A stretch of 64,000 nt of DNA from Octopus sinensis (GCF_006345805.1 NC_042997.1:113026001-113090000); one strand, 5' to 3'. Positions 13,554 through 28,043 are shown, counted from the first letter of the stretch. The notes: generated from the sequence alone by a model not told the origin. A program made the numbers and translations.

Positions 13554-13895
13554 GTCATCATCATTATCATCATTGTCATCATCTTCATTGGCATCATCAT
13601 CATCGTTGGCGTCGTCGTCATCATCATCATCATCATCATCATCAACATCATCATCATCATAATCATCATCATTATCTCTCACCCTCATCAACATCATCAT
13701 CGTCGTCATCATCATTATCATCATTCTCATCATGATCATTGTCGTCGTCATCATCGTTGTCATCATTATCATCATTGTCGTCATCATCATTGTCGTCGTC
13801 ATCATTGTCATCGTCATCATCATCATCATCATTATCATCATCACCATAGCTACCGCTGCCAACACCACTACCGCCGCCACCACCACCACCACCAC
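13345..13895. repeat. Compound trinucleotide (GTT/CAT/CGT/CAC)n microsatellite
   Basis: Read directly. Confidence 0.95.
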
Positions 13896-15029
13896 AAACT
13901 GTGGTTTGTTGTGCAAAGATGGGTATTTATGGAATCTTCAATACCATTCCACCCAGATGCACAAGACTCTTTCATCCCATCACACCTGACATCACATAAG
14001 TAATCGGCTGCTGTCGTATGAATTAACGATGTTTATTCTGTCAAACGTATCAAGTTACAAACCATTGATATCAAGTGTTTACTGAGGATTGCAGAAAAGA
14101 TGGCAGGAAGTTCTTTTGAAGAATCTTCCACAAGAGAAAACCTGCCTACAGAGTCCTTAGGCTTTTGGCCCTCACCCTCATCCACTCATTTATAGCCGTT
14201 TTCTTCATCTATTTTTTAAATATGTCTTTTACTTGTTTCAGGTATTAGACTGTGGCCATACTGGGGCACCATCTTGAAGAATTTCTACTTGAATAAATTG
14301 TATGTTTTTTTTGTTAAGCCTGGTGCTTATTTTATCATTCTCTATTGATGAACTGTTAAGTTACAGGGATGTAAACACGCTAACACTGGTTATCAAGCTG
14401 TGATGGGAGACAAACATGGATGCAAGTGCACACACACACACAACAAGCTTCATTGAGTTTCCCTCTGTCAAATCCACTCACAAGGCTTTGGTCAGCCCGA
14501 GGCTATAGTAGAGGACACTTGTCCAAGGTTCCACACAGTGAGACTGAACCCAGAACCATGTGGTTAGGAAGCATTAAAATATCAACTTATTAAATATAAA
14601 TACATCATCATCATCATCATCTTCCTAGCGTCCACTTTTCCATGGGTTGAACTGAATTTATTGTGTTTAGATTTTCTATGGCAGGATATCCTTCCTGCAA
14701 CCAGACCTCACCTGTTTCCAGGAGACAGAAGTGCATACATATACAAACACACACTCACACACATACATAGAAAATACACAAACACGGACATGCAAGCATA
14801 TGAATATGCAGGATACATATATACAGATGCACATACACGCATATATACATACATACACATGCATACATACATACACATATTCATACGTACATGCATGCAT
14901 GCATAGGCACACACACACACACACTGACCTACACACATACGCACAAACAAACAAAAAGGAACGCAGTGTAAATAACAGAGTCACGACTTTTGAAAAGGTT
15001 GCAAGACGCAACGAAAATTTTAGGAAAAT

Positions 15030-15470
15030 AAAAATAAGAAATAAGTGGAAATTTTACCGGTGAGTGTGTTACATTATAAAGTACAAAAAGAAAATGACTC
15101 TCCCCAGACGCAACAAACTATAAATTTTTTCCTTATAAAGTTTTCACGCTGACTACTTGATAAATTCTTATAAAGATTTTATCCAATATTTAAGTATATA
15201 TTTATTCTATATTTAAATATATATATACACATATGTATATATAGTGAGAATTTACAAAAAATAACAAAAGATGAAGACAGGGTGTGTAAACAAAAAGATG
15301 TATTAGCTTAATGCCTAGGAAGTGAGAAAGTCTTTTACGTTTTGAGCCTACACTCTTCAACAGAAAGGAACACAGAAATAAACAAGGAGAAAAAATAGAA
15401 ACGGTTTAGTGCCTAGTGATCTATCATGGCGAATGCCAGACAGAGGGGTCACACAGGAGAGCAAGGAAGA
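15030..15470 (-). mobile_element. Repeat family B copy
   Basis: Minus strand CTTT-CTGTTGA-AGAGTGTAGGCTC-AAAAC-GTA-AAAG at 15332-15367 and shared GGGGAGAGTCATTTTCTTTTT segment. Confidence 0.55.
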
Positions 15471-17481
15471 AGGGGAGATAATAAAGTATTGGTGATCCTA
15501 AAACGAAGGTGTGCATGCATGTGGAAGGGGGCTGGTGACCTTGACATGTGCATGTGTGGGTGATGGTGTAGGTGCTGGGAAGTGGTCAGTGCAAGTGTGT
15601 GCAGGATGGTGATGTGGTATGTGGTGTTGGGGTGTGGGAGAGGTGAGAGTGGGGGAAGCAAGGGTGGAGTCTAAGGGATATATATACAACAAGCTATGTT
15701 CAGTTTCTGTTTACCAAATCCACTCGCAAGGTTTGGTTGACTCAAGGCTATATTAGAAGAGTGCTGTGCAGTGGGACTGAACCTGGAACCAAGTAGATAG
15801 GAAACAAGTTTCTTAACCACACATTTACGCCTGCATCTAAACATATAAATATATATAAATATAAAGTTTGCCCCATTCAATGACTAAATATTTGTGATAA
15901 TTTGTTGCTTACAAGATTATCATTTTTCGGATTATTAAACCCTTAACTTCAAAGACGAAATATTTCAATGTTTCTATCTACATTATGGTTCCATCTGTTT
16001 TACTAACAGTCTCTTGTTTCCAGATGAATAAATGATAACAAATGCATGCATCAGTAGCCTGGTGCATAAAAACAGCATTTCTGTTAGTTTATTGAAGGTG
16101 TATGACTGGTTTAATGGTTAGAGTGTTAGGCTCAGCATCACAAGCTCAGGAGTTTGATTCCCAGTTCGGGTAGTGAGTTGTATTCTTGAACTGAAGGTCA
16201 CTCAACAGTAAACGAGTTCCAGCAATGACTGGGAAGTTAACCAGAGATGTGTGCAGGGGTCAGGGGTTGTTGCAATCTCAGTCACTTATACGCTATGAAA
16301 ACCAGGTTAAACCCTGGCCTTATGAGTCCTAGGACTTAAGACTGACTCAAGCTTAAACCTTATTCACAGACTTATATATATATATATATATAGTGACAAA
16401 GACATGCATCAATGGCCTGGTGCATGAAAACATCTGTCGGCGTGGCTGTGTGGTAAGAAGTTTGCTTTCCAACCACATGGTTCTGGGTTCAGTCACACAG
16501 TATGGCACCTTGGGTAGATGTCTTCTTCTATAGTTTCAGGCTGGCCAAAGCCTTGTGAGTGGGTTTGGCAGATGGAAACTGAAAAGAAGCTCGTTGTATG
16601 TATATATATACATACATATAATAGTGTATAAACAATTTTAAGTATTTATACATGAAAGAGGTGACCTTTGACAGGACACCTTACATGCCAGAAAGGGCAG
16701 TCAAAGCCCAAACCATGAATAAGAGCTATTTGAAAGGAAATGAAAATAAAAAATATTTTTGTAGTTACCCTCAAACTCGAGTTTCTGTATCAATGTGCAA
16801 ATGAATTAATTTGCCATCTGTACAATAAGGTCGCTAAAATTAACACATATTTATACATGACTTTATTACACATGCTAGCCATCAGTATGAAAAGACCTGT
16901 TTAGAAATAGGATTTAAATTCCTAATTCAACTGCTGGAAGGCACCAAATAACAGAAAAACAACAGTAGGCAAGGAAATGGATTAAGAATTAAGACATCGA
17001 AAAAGCATACCTTTAAAGAATATGCCATTCAGATACTCATATATCATGGTTTCAGATTCTGGCCCATTTACTTCGAGTGTAAATACTTGAATGTTTTTGC
17101 TCCTGTATACTACTATTCTTTAATGAACACAAAAGAGCAAGACCTGGAAATGCAATTATAATTTTTACTGAAGAAAGACAAAAACAACATGTGGTTTTTC
17201 AATTAAAACCTTGACCAATTCAAATAAAAAAATTCTCTTTTCCTTTCTCTTCTTTTTCCTCCCCCACCTTAAAAGTACTAAACAAACAAGTCTGACCATA
17301 CAAAATCCAAACCTCTTTACCTCCCTCTCTTTCTCAAAAACAATTTTTTTCCTCTTTCTTCTCCCTTGCTTGGCAAACCCCAGAAGATTCTTTATAAAAA
17401 GGCCAAGAAATCTAAATTTAAACCATTTTTTGATAAATCTGATAACGGAAGAAAGCGCTGAAAATGTAAATAGATGTAAAT

Positions 17482-17549
<68 letters not shown>

Positions 17550-18536
17550 TCTTGCTTTAAACAAGGTGCTTCATTTTACTTTGCCTCCATCTGCTTGACT
17601 GTAAACAAGTACCAGCTCAGCATAGATGCAGTTCTCTCTCCCTACCCCCTGCTGTCTCATGCCTGATGTTCCACCACTGCTTCAAGGGTGGGTGGGTATT
17701 GGGAATTGAGAGGTTGTCGATATTTGCATGCAACTACAGAAGCACCAAAAGCAATTTTGCGACAGAGAAGGTTGTGTAGCATTGAGGCAAGTTTTGATGC
17801 TTTAGACAGAGAAAGGAATTTCACAAAAGAATTAGAGGAATTTTGGAGGGACGTGGAAGAAGTGAGGAGTACAAATTTGAATTATTTCATCTGTTATCTA
17901 ACAAAATATGTTTGCAGAAATAATCCATCATCGACTTCCTTTGGTTCTGGTTTCAGTTTCGTATTCAGGAGTCCTTTTGCTTCAAACAACATTTCAGCAA
18001 TTCTATTTAATAGTTAATGCTTTTAAGTGGTTAAGAAACTAACAGAGCAGAAAGTACTGGAACTTACATTTATGCAAAATGATACAAACAGTTCAACTTG
18101 ATGACACTTCCTTTCCCCTTCTCCACCCGAACTGCTGTCAGGACCCACTGCAGTGAAGATCTAAGGAAGATATATAAAGGTACAAATCTAAACCAACCTT
18201 AGCTAAGATAATATTTACACAAGTTATTTTCTCAGAGTTCTCTTTCATCCGTACTCTTATATCTTTGCAACTAAGCACATTTTCATAATTAGTTTCTCGG
18301 TAACGTTACTGTATGTTACAAAGAATTTACTATGAAGTGCAGCAGCAGGCATTGATAAACGTAATATTATTGATGTCTACAGGTGTGGATATGTGGTGAA
18401 GTTGTTTGCTTCCCAACTCCATGGTTTCAGGTTCAGTCTCACCATGTGGCACCTTGACTAAGGAACTGCTACTAAAGTTCTGGGCCGTGAGAGAATTCAA
18501 TAGAGGGAAACAAAAAGAAGCTTATATATATATATA

Positions 18537-18916
18537 AGCAATAATAAATCTCTGAATGAGGTATAAACAGTAGCTGCACGACAATGTGAAGTATATTTGC
18601 CATCTAAATATGGCTAACCACTAAAGGGTGGATGCTACTGTAGCTTGTAGCTCTAGGAGAACATCTTCTCCAGCTGGCTATTGACACACTTTCTGTGTCC
18701 TACAAGTATTTGCAAAGGGAAGCCATCCTTCCCATCGTCGACCTGACATGATATGCACGGACCTGGGTTTTTGGCACGACAATCACCACTCTTCAATGCA
18801 AAGGGGTCCCAATGCAAATACATATATCCTTTTGCCAGTGACGAAAAGTCACTGATCTCAAAAAAGTGTAAACAAGCAATAATAAATCTCTGAACAAGAT
18901 ATAAACAGTAGCTGCA

Positions 18917-18919
<3 letters not shown>
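18537..18919 (-). mobile_element. 338 bp-period element with 45 bp terminal direct repeats in (TA)n; retrozyme-like
   Basis: AGCAATAATAAATCTCTGAA...ATAAACAGTAGCTGCACGA at 18537-18581 and 18875-18919. Confidence 0.55.
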
Positions 18920-19002
<83 letters not shown>

Positions 19003-19789
19003 ATATATATATTTTCTTTTTCTCTAGTTTCAGCTCAGAGCTGCGGCCATGTTGATGCACCACCGTTTATATATAAGATCCTTGAGAATTTTGTGCTATT
19101 TCTAAATTGCTCTGTTCAGCCTTTATAGCTACGATTACTGTGTGCCTCTTCATTTCTTGTGTAATCATAGAGTCTGCCATTGATAATTTTGAAATATTGG
19201 AAATATCTATTTCTTTATTGCCCACAGGGGGCTAAACATAGAGGGGACAAACACGGACAGACAAAGGGATTAAGCCGATTACATTGACCCCAGTGCGTAA
19301 CTGGTACTTAATTTATCAACACCGAAAGGATGAAAGGCAAAGTCGACCTCAGCAGAATTTGAACTCAGAGCATAACATCAAAGGAAATACCTCTAAGCAT
19401 TTTGTCCAGTGTGCTAACGTTTCTGCCAGCTCGCTGCCTTCAAATATAGAAAATATTAAGTTGATAAATATGCAGCTATAGCAAATTTAACATAAGTCCT
19501 CAAATACCTTATGCACCGTGTGTATATATATATATATTATATATATATATATATATATGTTGATATTTATTTATCGTTACACATGTTTCATGTTTCATGT
19601 ACTAACAAGAGTTACAAAATTGTACATGTACGATAAACATGTAAGATATCTCCCATTAGAAATTCTTCAGAGAGAGAAGCATGCCTCCAATTAATATGAT
19701 ATCTGCATACAGAATTGGACTTTTTAAGCTAGCTCCTGTGGAAGGCTACTTGGGCTTGCAGCCCAAAACTATAGAGAGTATTATTAATA

Positions 19790-20098
19790 AAGCATTTATT
19801 GGTATCCTAACTCATTTCTGATGGTGTATATAAATCTGCAGCTCAACCTGTTTATAAAACTGGCCATGTGATCTTTTTGCCTATATTTATCTTGGCTCTC
19901 AGCTCCCTTATCGCTACTGATAGCCTCTTTATTTATCAAGTTGTATGTCCTATCGGTAGTTCTCAGGTACTTATTAATAATGTTTCTGAGAAGTAGTTGG
20001 TTACTTTTATCATTATTACATTCAAACAGGTTATTAAGTCTTATCAGAGGATACGAAAATGGTTTTAGAGGCTCTAAAATTTCTAGAGTCTATTAAGT
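19790..20098 (-). mobile_element. Penelope-like element RT N-terminal fragment
   Basis: Minus strand (one frameshift): IFVSSDKT/NNLFE...QLLLRNIINKYLRTTDRTYNLINKEA...KDHMASFINRLSCRFIYTIRNELG, matching PLE xADKTxNxY and KDHKxNFxNxPxCRLINPxKSELG motifs. Confidence 0.75.
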
Positions 20099-20959
20099 AG
20101 TGATGGTCATGGTGTTGGACTCATAATCGTTAGATTGTGGGTTCAATTCCCAGACCAGGTGGTGCATTGTGCTCTTGAGCAAAACACTTCATTTCATGTT
20201 GCTCCAGGCCACTCGGCTGTAAAAGGGTGACCTCGCGATGGACTAGCCTTCTGATCAAGGGCAATGTTGGTCTGCATGTCTAACCAGTGGGGTGGCATCA
20301 TTTAAAAGCTAAAACAATGCAAAGTGCATTGTGAACAGTGATGTATAACAACATCCAATAGTCAGGTTGATCATGTGATGTAGTTCCAGGTGCCAAATAA
20401 TTAACCCTAGGGAAATAATTAACCCCAGGTATTGACATTGTACCAGCTAGTGGCACAGGTCGTGTAGCAACCCGCCTGGAGCAAAGTATGGCTGAACTTG
20501 GGATCTCAGATCCCTAATCTGAGAGAACTCAGATCCCTAATTCATATGCTACAAATGATCGCAATATCTAAGACTATAAAAAGTTAAAAGCTGATGGTTA
20601 AAACAAGATCCTCTCCTTCATTATCTTGCTGCCAAGTAGGTGGCTGGTCAAAATTTATTCTAAAAAAGAAAAAATACATGCAAGCATCCCCACCCCCACA
20701 CAAACACACAAACACACACACACACACCACACACACACACAGTTGTTTTCTACTCCTTATGCAGTGTTTGACGACCTTTGTACTTACAACTTAGATCTAT
20801 CATGGCGTCTGATGTGGTTTTTAAAACCAAACAATGTTTTGAAAAGACACCCACGTAGATGCACATCTGATTTTGGACCACCAAGAGCTGCAGTTAAGTT
20901 CTGATCTTTGTGGATCTTAAAATGTCTTTTGAGGCCTCTGTTAGAATTGCAGACCTTCT

Positions 20960-21297
20960 GGCATAAACAGCATTAAAAGGTACACACAGATATATAGGCA
21001 GAGTACTTGGTAGCGGTTCGTTTTTCATGGGTCCACAAATGAGATGTGATCCCAGCAAAAGAAAGGCATGGTCTGTCACAGATTCATTTTCTCCTTGATC
21101 GTAACATTTTCCTTTTAATTTCTTTTGAGTGAAAGCTTTCTTGAAAAGCTTTCACTCCATTCCATACTTTTGCTTGCCGTCCAGTTCGATCCAAAGCAAG
21201 GGTTTCTGTGGCCTTTGAATCCATTCCAAGTGACTTCACACATAACATACATGCATACACACACATACATACATACATACATACATACATACATACA

Positions 21298-21347
<50 letters not shown>

Positions 21348-21693
21348 CACATACATATAGGTGCATGCATGGCTGTGTGGTAAGAAGCTTGCTTCACAAC
21401 AACATGGTTCTGGGTTCAGTCCCACTGCATGTCACCTTGAGCAAGTGTCTTCTACTATAGCTTTGGGCCAACCAAACCCTTGTGAGTGGATTTCGGCGAT
21501 GGAAACTGGAAGAAGCCCATCGTATATATATTCTTTTATTTGTTTCAGTCATTTGACGGCGGCCATACTGGATTACAGCCTTTTTGTTGAACAAATCGAC
21601 CCCAGGACTTATTCTTTGTAAGCCTAGTACTTATTCTATTTGTTTCTTTTACTGAACTGCTAAGTTACAGGGACAAGCACCCACAAACACACT

Positions 21694-21724
<31 letters not shown>

Positions 21725-22510
21725 GACAGGCTTCTTTCAGTTTCCCTCTACCAAATTCACTCACAAAGCTTTGGTCGGCCCGAGACCAAAGTAGAAGACA
21801 CTTGCCCAAGGTGTCACACAGTGGGACTGAACCTGGTATCTTGTGGTTGGTAAGTAAGTTACTTACGCAGCCATTCCTTTGTATGTCTGCGTTTGTCCTC
21901 CACCATCGCTTGATAACTGGTGTTGGTGTGTTTACATCCCTGTAACTTAGCAGTTTGGCAAAAGAGACTGATAGAATAAGTACTAGGCTTACAAAGAATA
22001 AGTCCTGGGGGTCGATTTGTTCGACTAAAGGCGGTGCTCCAGCATGGCCGCAGTCAAATGAACGAAACAAATAAAAGAATAAAAGAATAAAAGAATATAA
22101 GAATATAAGAATATACTATAAGGAAACTGAGAAGAATGAAGGTGGTGGTGTGAGGGAGGAAATGGACAAGGCAGAGAGCACCAGAATATAGAAAAGCCAG
22201 CAGCTGAATGAAGGGTCACCAGATGAAATGTAAACAAATCATGGAGGAACAGTCACAACCAAATGAGCAAGATGACGATGGCCAAAGTTGAGTACAAAGG
22301 AAGTAGAAGAACTAGAAACTGGGATGTTGAGAGAAAGAAAACTGAAGCAGTCTGTGACTTCATGTTGGTGCTTATGCAGTCCTTGAACGTCTGTTTAGGT
22401 TTACACTGATTGCGTCTCCCCTCTGTAAGTTTGCCATAAAACAGCTGTTTGGGTGTGCTTCCTTCTGCCATTCAAAATATGTGGTCATCTCATCTGATAT
22501 TTCAGAATCA
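20960..22510 (-). mobile_element. Decayed RTE-BovB-like LINE 3' end, split by younger SINE insertions
   Basis: 22340-22510 encodes ..MAEGSTPKQLFYGKLTEGRRNQCKPKQTFKDC; 21084-21240 continues KSLGMDSKATETLALDRTGRQAKVWNGVKAF. Confidence 0.75.
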
Positions 22511-22699
22511 TTGATTTAATACATACATACATACTATCATTACCATTGTTTAACATCCATTTTCTGTGCTGGCATGGGTTGGATGGTTTTCCGTTATGTA
22601 AGTAGCATTATGTAAGTAGCATGACTGTTGTTCCAAAGTATCATAGATTAGGCTGGACAAATAGTAATTTTCTTTTCTTTTTTTTCTCACTCAATGGAC

Positions 22700-22781
22700 A
22701 GAAAAAAATGATAGATAGAAAGATAGGTAGATAGATCGATAAATCGATAAATAAATAGATAGATTGATAGATGGATGGATG

Positions 22782-22839
<58 letters not shown>

Positions 22840-22888
22840 TAGACAAATTGATTGATAGATTTATAGATAGATAGACAGACAGATAGAA

Positions 22889-22919
<31 letters not shown>

Positions 22920-22952
22920 TAGACAGACAGACAGACAGACAGATAGACAGAC

Positions 22953-23007
<55 letters not shown>

Positions 23008-23080
23008 CAGATAGAAAGATAGACAGACAGACAGACAGATAGGTAGACGGAAAGATAGACAGCCAGGCAGACAGACAGAT
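22700..23080. repeat. (GATA)n/(GACA)n microsatellite
   Basis: Read directly. Confidence 0.95.
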
Positions 23081-23424
23081 AAATGCGAGAAGGCGACTAC
23101 GTGCATGTGTACCCTTGTGTATCCGTGACTGTGAGAATGTGTGTGTGTGTTTATGTTTCCCCAGTTGACAGATAACATTTTGTCAGTGAAGTTTGCCGTT
23201 TATTCTATCTGGGTGATATTACGAAGTTTAGTTTCACAGTTCAAGGTTAACAGCTGCAACAAAACTCAATATATTTGGCGCTTTTCCTATTCTTCTTTCA
23301 CTCCTATTTCGCATCGAGTGCATAGTTGGGTAAGTGTGAAATTACTCGTTCATGTTTTGCAAACGGGAAGTTTAATATTTCTGTTTATATTTACTTTTTT
23401 GTAGATGACTAATAATTAATATCT

Positions 23425-23677
23425 ATTTCTTTATTGCCTACAAGGGGCTAAAGATAGAGGGGACAAACAAGGACAAAGGGATTAAATCGATTACGCCGAC
23501 TCCAGTGCGTAAATGGTACTTATTTAATCAACCCCCGAAAGGATGAAAGGTAAAGCCGACCTCGGCGGAATTTGAACTCCCGACCTCGGCGGAATTTGAA
23601 CTCAGAACGTAACAACAGACGAAATACTGTTAAGCATTTCGCCCGGCGTGCTAACATTTCTGCCAGCTCGCCGCTTT
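23425..23677 (-). mobile_element. SINE family 2 copy with an internal 23 bp duplication
   Basis: CCGACCTCGGCGGAATTTGAACTC repeated at 23556-23603. Confidence 0.8.
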
Positions 23678-23984
23678 AATGATTAACAAATTCGACGTAT
23701 CTCTGCAAACACACACACACACACACACATATTCTACATGTAGTAGGATGTTTGCTTCTACAGCTGTCAAAAGGAGATCAAAGTGATGATGTCAGCACAC
23801 ACGGCAGTATCCTTGCTCCCGGCAACAGTCCCAAGAAGGTAGTGATGCTGTTACAGGGGAATGGCCCGCCCCGCAGCACGCTTTATCATCTGTCATCTAT
23901 ACATATTTATACATACGCATATAATATGTGGGTGGGTGTAATGTACGTATATGTGTGTGTATGTTTGTGCGTATGTGAATGTTT

Positions 23985-24375
23985 TCTTTTCTTTCATTCT
24001 TTTATGTTTCAGTCATCTGACTGCGGCCATGCTGGAGCACCGCCTTTAGTCGAGCAAATCGACCCCAGGACTTATTCTTTGTAAGCCTAGTACTTATTCT
24101 ATCGGTCTCTTTTGCCGAACCGCTAAGTTATGGGTACGCAAACACACCAGCATCAGTTGTCAAGAGATGTTGGGGGGGGACAAACACACATACATATGTA
24201 TATATATATACGACGGGGGGCTTCTTTCAGTTTCCGTCTACCAAATCCACTCACAATGCTTTGGTCGGCCTGAGGCTATAGTAGAAAACACTTGCCCAAG
24301 GTGCCACGCAGTGGGACTGAACCTGGAACTATGTGGTTGGTAAGCAAGCTACTTGCCACACAACCACTCCTGAGC
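23985..24375 (-). mobile_element. SINE family 1 copy
   Basis: Reverse complement of the family. Confidence 0.82.
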
Positions 24376-24422
24376 CTGTGTTGGTACTTTTTGGTTATCT
24401 CACCCCCATTAAAAAATTGCCA

Positions 24423-24751
24423 TTAAAAAATTGGGTTATCTCCCCACTAAAAAAAATCGAGTTAATATGGTGACAGGGGACTGGATCAACAACACATTTT
24501 TGACGTTTGGCCCCCTAAATAGGCATACTATAATTTGTTATAAAAATGTTATTAGATTTAGTAAAATGTTTAATTTTTTCAGTTTTCCTGTTTATTAATT
24601 ATTTTCAGTTTTGTATGATTTGTTATAAAAATATCAGATTCAATAAGACGTTTAATCTTTTCGCTTTTCTTGTTTATTAATTTTTCATTTTTTTTGTTTT
24701 ATTGAGAGTTAAATAATTTTTTTAGTTGGGGGCGATAACCCAATTTTTTAA
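24423..24751. mobile_element. TTAA-bounded MITE with about 30 bp TIRs
   Basis: TTAAAAAATTGGGTTATCTCCCCACTAAAA versus TTTTAGTTGGGGGCGATAACCCAATTTTTTAA. Confidence 0.6.
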
Positions 24752-25324
24752 CTAGAAAGTATATGTATGTTTTAGACTTTATTATTGCAACCCATAGATG
24801 GTATGCTCTCTCTTTCTCTTTCTCTCTATGCTTCTTTCTCTCACTGTCATATATTTAAAATATATATATTATGTGCATATGTGTGTGTGTGCACGTGTGT
24901 GTGCGTGCATGCACACATGCATGTGCACACGTGCACACATGATGTCTGCAATTCACTTTCAAGCAGTGCCATCGCTTGAATGTTTCTCTTAAAGCAGCAT
25001 GGATTTGGTATTTCAGTCTTACATTCTTGTGCAAAGATGTGGCAATGATGGGCACCTCTTGCAGCAGGTGTTCAGAGAGCTACCACCCATGCAGACACGT
25101 ACTGGCATTCCATCCTAGAAGTTTTCATTGAGTGTTTAAACCTTGGGTTTCATGCATGGTACTTATCAAAAGTATATGTATGCATCTATTGACTTCTGAT
25201 TCTTTTGGTTGTTATACATTCATACATACAAACATAGGTGTATACAAATATATATTCACTCATACATACATACATACTGACAAAAAATCTTCAATTAAAC
25301 TGAATAATGACATACATACATACA

Positions 25325-25355
<31 letters not shown>

Positions 25356-25539
25356 GTACATACATACATATACACATACACACATACCAAAATACCCTGT
25401 TGTTGATGTTGAAATTCCAGTGAAGAAGGCTTGAATGGATGGACGGACGGACAGACGGATGGATGGATGGATGGACGGACGGATGGATGGATGGATGGAT
25501 GGATGGATGGATGGACAGATGGATGGATGGACAGATATA

Positions 25540-25603
<64 letters not shown>

Positions 25604-26536
25604 TAGATAGATAGACACATAGATAGATAGATAGATAGATAGAAGAGAAATTATAGTAAACCACAAGTTTATGTCCTTTGTTCCACCAAGTATATTTCAT
25701 CCTTGTGATTATTTGCATCTTCTGCGGTGAATGTTCCAAATGCAATTAGATGTTCAGCCACAACAGATCATGAGGGAAACATTTCATTGTATGATGTTAC
25801 ACAGATCAAACGATTGAAGTTGGACAGCGGCTGGACTTACTTTAATTGTGCTGAAAGAGGAATAAATAGAGAGCAAAAAGAAAGACAGTGAGAGAGAGGG
25901 AGAGAGAGAGAAGGAGAGAGAGGGAGAGGGAGAGAGAGAGTAAAGGCAGGTTCAAGCATAGTTTTGTAGCAAGAAGTTTGCTTCTCAACCACATGGTTCT
26001 GGGTTCAGTTCCATTGCATGTCAACTTGTGAAAGTGTCTTCTTCTATAACCTTAAGTTAACCAAAACCTTCTCAGTGAAATTGATAAGCTGAAATGGAAC
26101 AAAGGACATCATATATATATATAATTTGTAGAAAGCATAAATCCAAAGAAGAAGCACACTCCAAGATGTAGAGCAGTCTGAGCAGGGTCGTTGCCAATAC
26201 CGCCTGACTGGCCCTCGTGCCAGTGGCACGTAAATGGCACCCACTACACTCACGGAGTGGTTGGCGTTAGGAAGGGCATCCAGCTGTAGAAACTCTGCCA
26301 AATCAAGATTGGAGCCTGGTGCAGCCATCTGGTTCACCAGCCCTCAGTCAAAATCGTCCAACCCATGCTAGCATGGAAAGCGGATGTTAAACGATGATGA
26401 TAGCTGGTTTATAGGATTACCCTGGATTTCCCATCCATAAAGGGTTTAGCTTTATGGCGTATTGTCAGATCTGTTGCCCTGAGACTTTTCAGGGTAATTC
26501 CATAAACTGGCCTTCCCTACTTTTAATACACACACA

Positions 26537-26584
<48 letters not shown>

Positions 26585-27395
26585 ACACACACACACGCAT
26601 ATATATATACATAAAAATATACGTGTGTGTGTGTGTGTCTTTGTATCTGTGTTTGTCCTCAGCCACTGCCACTTGACAACTGGCATTGGCGTGTTTACAT
26701 ACCCATAACTTAGTTCAGCAAAAGAGATGGATCAAATAAGTATCGGGCTTCATAAAAATATATACTGGGGTTGATATGTTCAACTAAAATTTCTTCAAGG
26801 TGGTGCTCCAGTATGGCCACAGTCTAATGACTAAAACAAGTAAAAGAAAGATAAAAAAAAGATGTTATAAAAGAAACCAGCATCACCACCACCACTATCA
26901 CCATCACCACCACCACTACCACAACCACTACCATCACAGCCACTACACCACAACTACCACCATCACCACAGCTACCACCACCACAATCACCACTACCACT
27001 ACCACAACCACAGCCACTACACCACCACCACCACTATCACCACCACAGCCATCACCACAACCACCACAACCACAACCACCACCACCATCACCACCACAGA
27101 CACTACCACCATCACCTCCATCATCATTTAATATCCACTTTCCATGCTGGCATGGGTTGAATGGTTTGACTGGACCCACGAGACTGCATCAAGCCTTGGT
27201 GTCAGCTTTGGTATGGTTTCTATGGCTGGATGCCCTTTCTCCTGTCAACCGCATTACAATGTGAGCTGGGTGCCTTTTACACAGCATCAACACAGGTGCT
27301 TCTTATGTGGCACCAGCAACAACAGGGTCACCAAATAACTTGCAAGCTAGAAAAACCCCTCAGCTGGAAGGTGGGAGTAGTAGAGGGGTGGTGGT

Positions 27396-27437
<42 letters not shown>

Positions 27438-28001
27438 ATATAATATATATATATATACATATAAGTATATCATCATCATTATCATCATCGTTGCTGTTTA
27501 ACGTCCACTTTCCATGCTGGCATGGGTTGGACAGTTTGACTGAGGACTGACAAGCCATGAGGCTGCACCAGGCTCCATCTGATCTGGCAAAGTTTCTATA
27601 GCTTGATGCCCTTCCTAATGCCAACCACTCCAAGAGTGTAGTGGGTGCTTTTTACATGCCATCAGCACGGGGGCCAGTCAGGCTCCACTGGCATCGACCA
27701 TGCCCACATAGTACTTTTTATGTGCCACTGGCACAGCAGCCAGTCAGGTAGCACTGGCATTGACCACACCCAAATGGTGCATTTTATGTGCCATTGGCAC
27801 AGGTGCCAGTCAGGCGGCACTGGCATTGGCCATGACTATGATTTTACTTGACTCAACAGGTCTTCTCAAGCTTTGGGGTCAGCTTTGATATGGTTTCTAT
27901 AGCCTGACAATTGAAGGGTACTTTTAAACGGGTCAGTTATGTGACACTGGCATTGGCTATGGCTACGATCTCACTATATATATATGTATGTATATATATA
28001 C

Positions 28002-28043
<42 letters not shown>

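Noticed and set aside
13239-14003. 254 aa His/Ile-rich ORF and the many HTHT, IYIY, YLSI, CVCV and MMMM ORFs in the track
   Set aside because: They are translations of di-, tri- and tetranucleotide microsatellites, open in several frames and on both strands, with no splice or domain support
15040-15070. Strong donor CCG/GTGAGT as a possible first exon of the dioxygenase gene
   Set aside because: It lies inside repeat family B (reverse-complement relative at about 11440), so it is not evidence of a unique exon
17211-18017. ORFs at 17211-17483 and 17688-18017 (also 291-512) as genes or LINE pieces
   Set aside because: No recognisable motif and no splice context; possibly old LINE remnants but I cannot support a call
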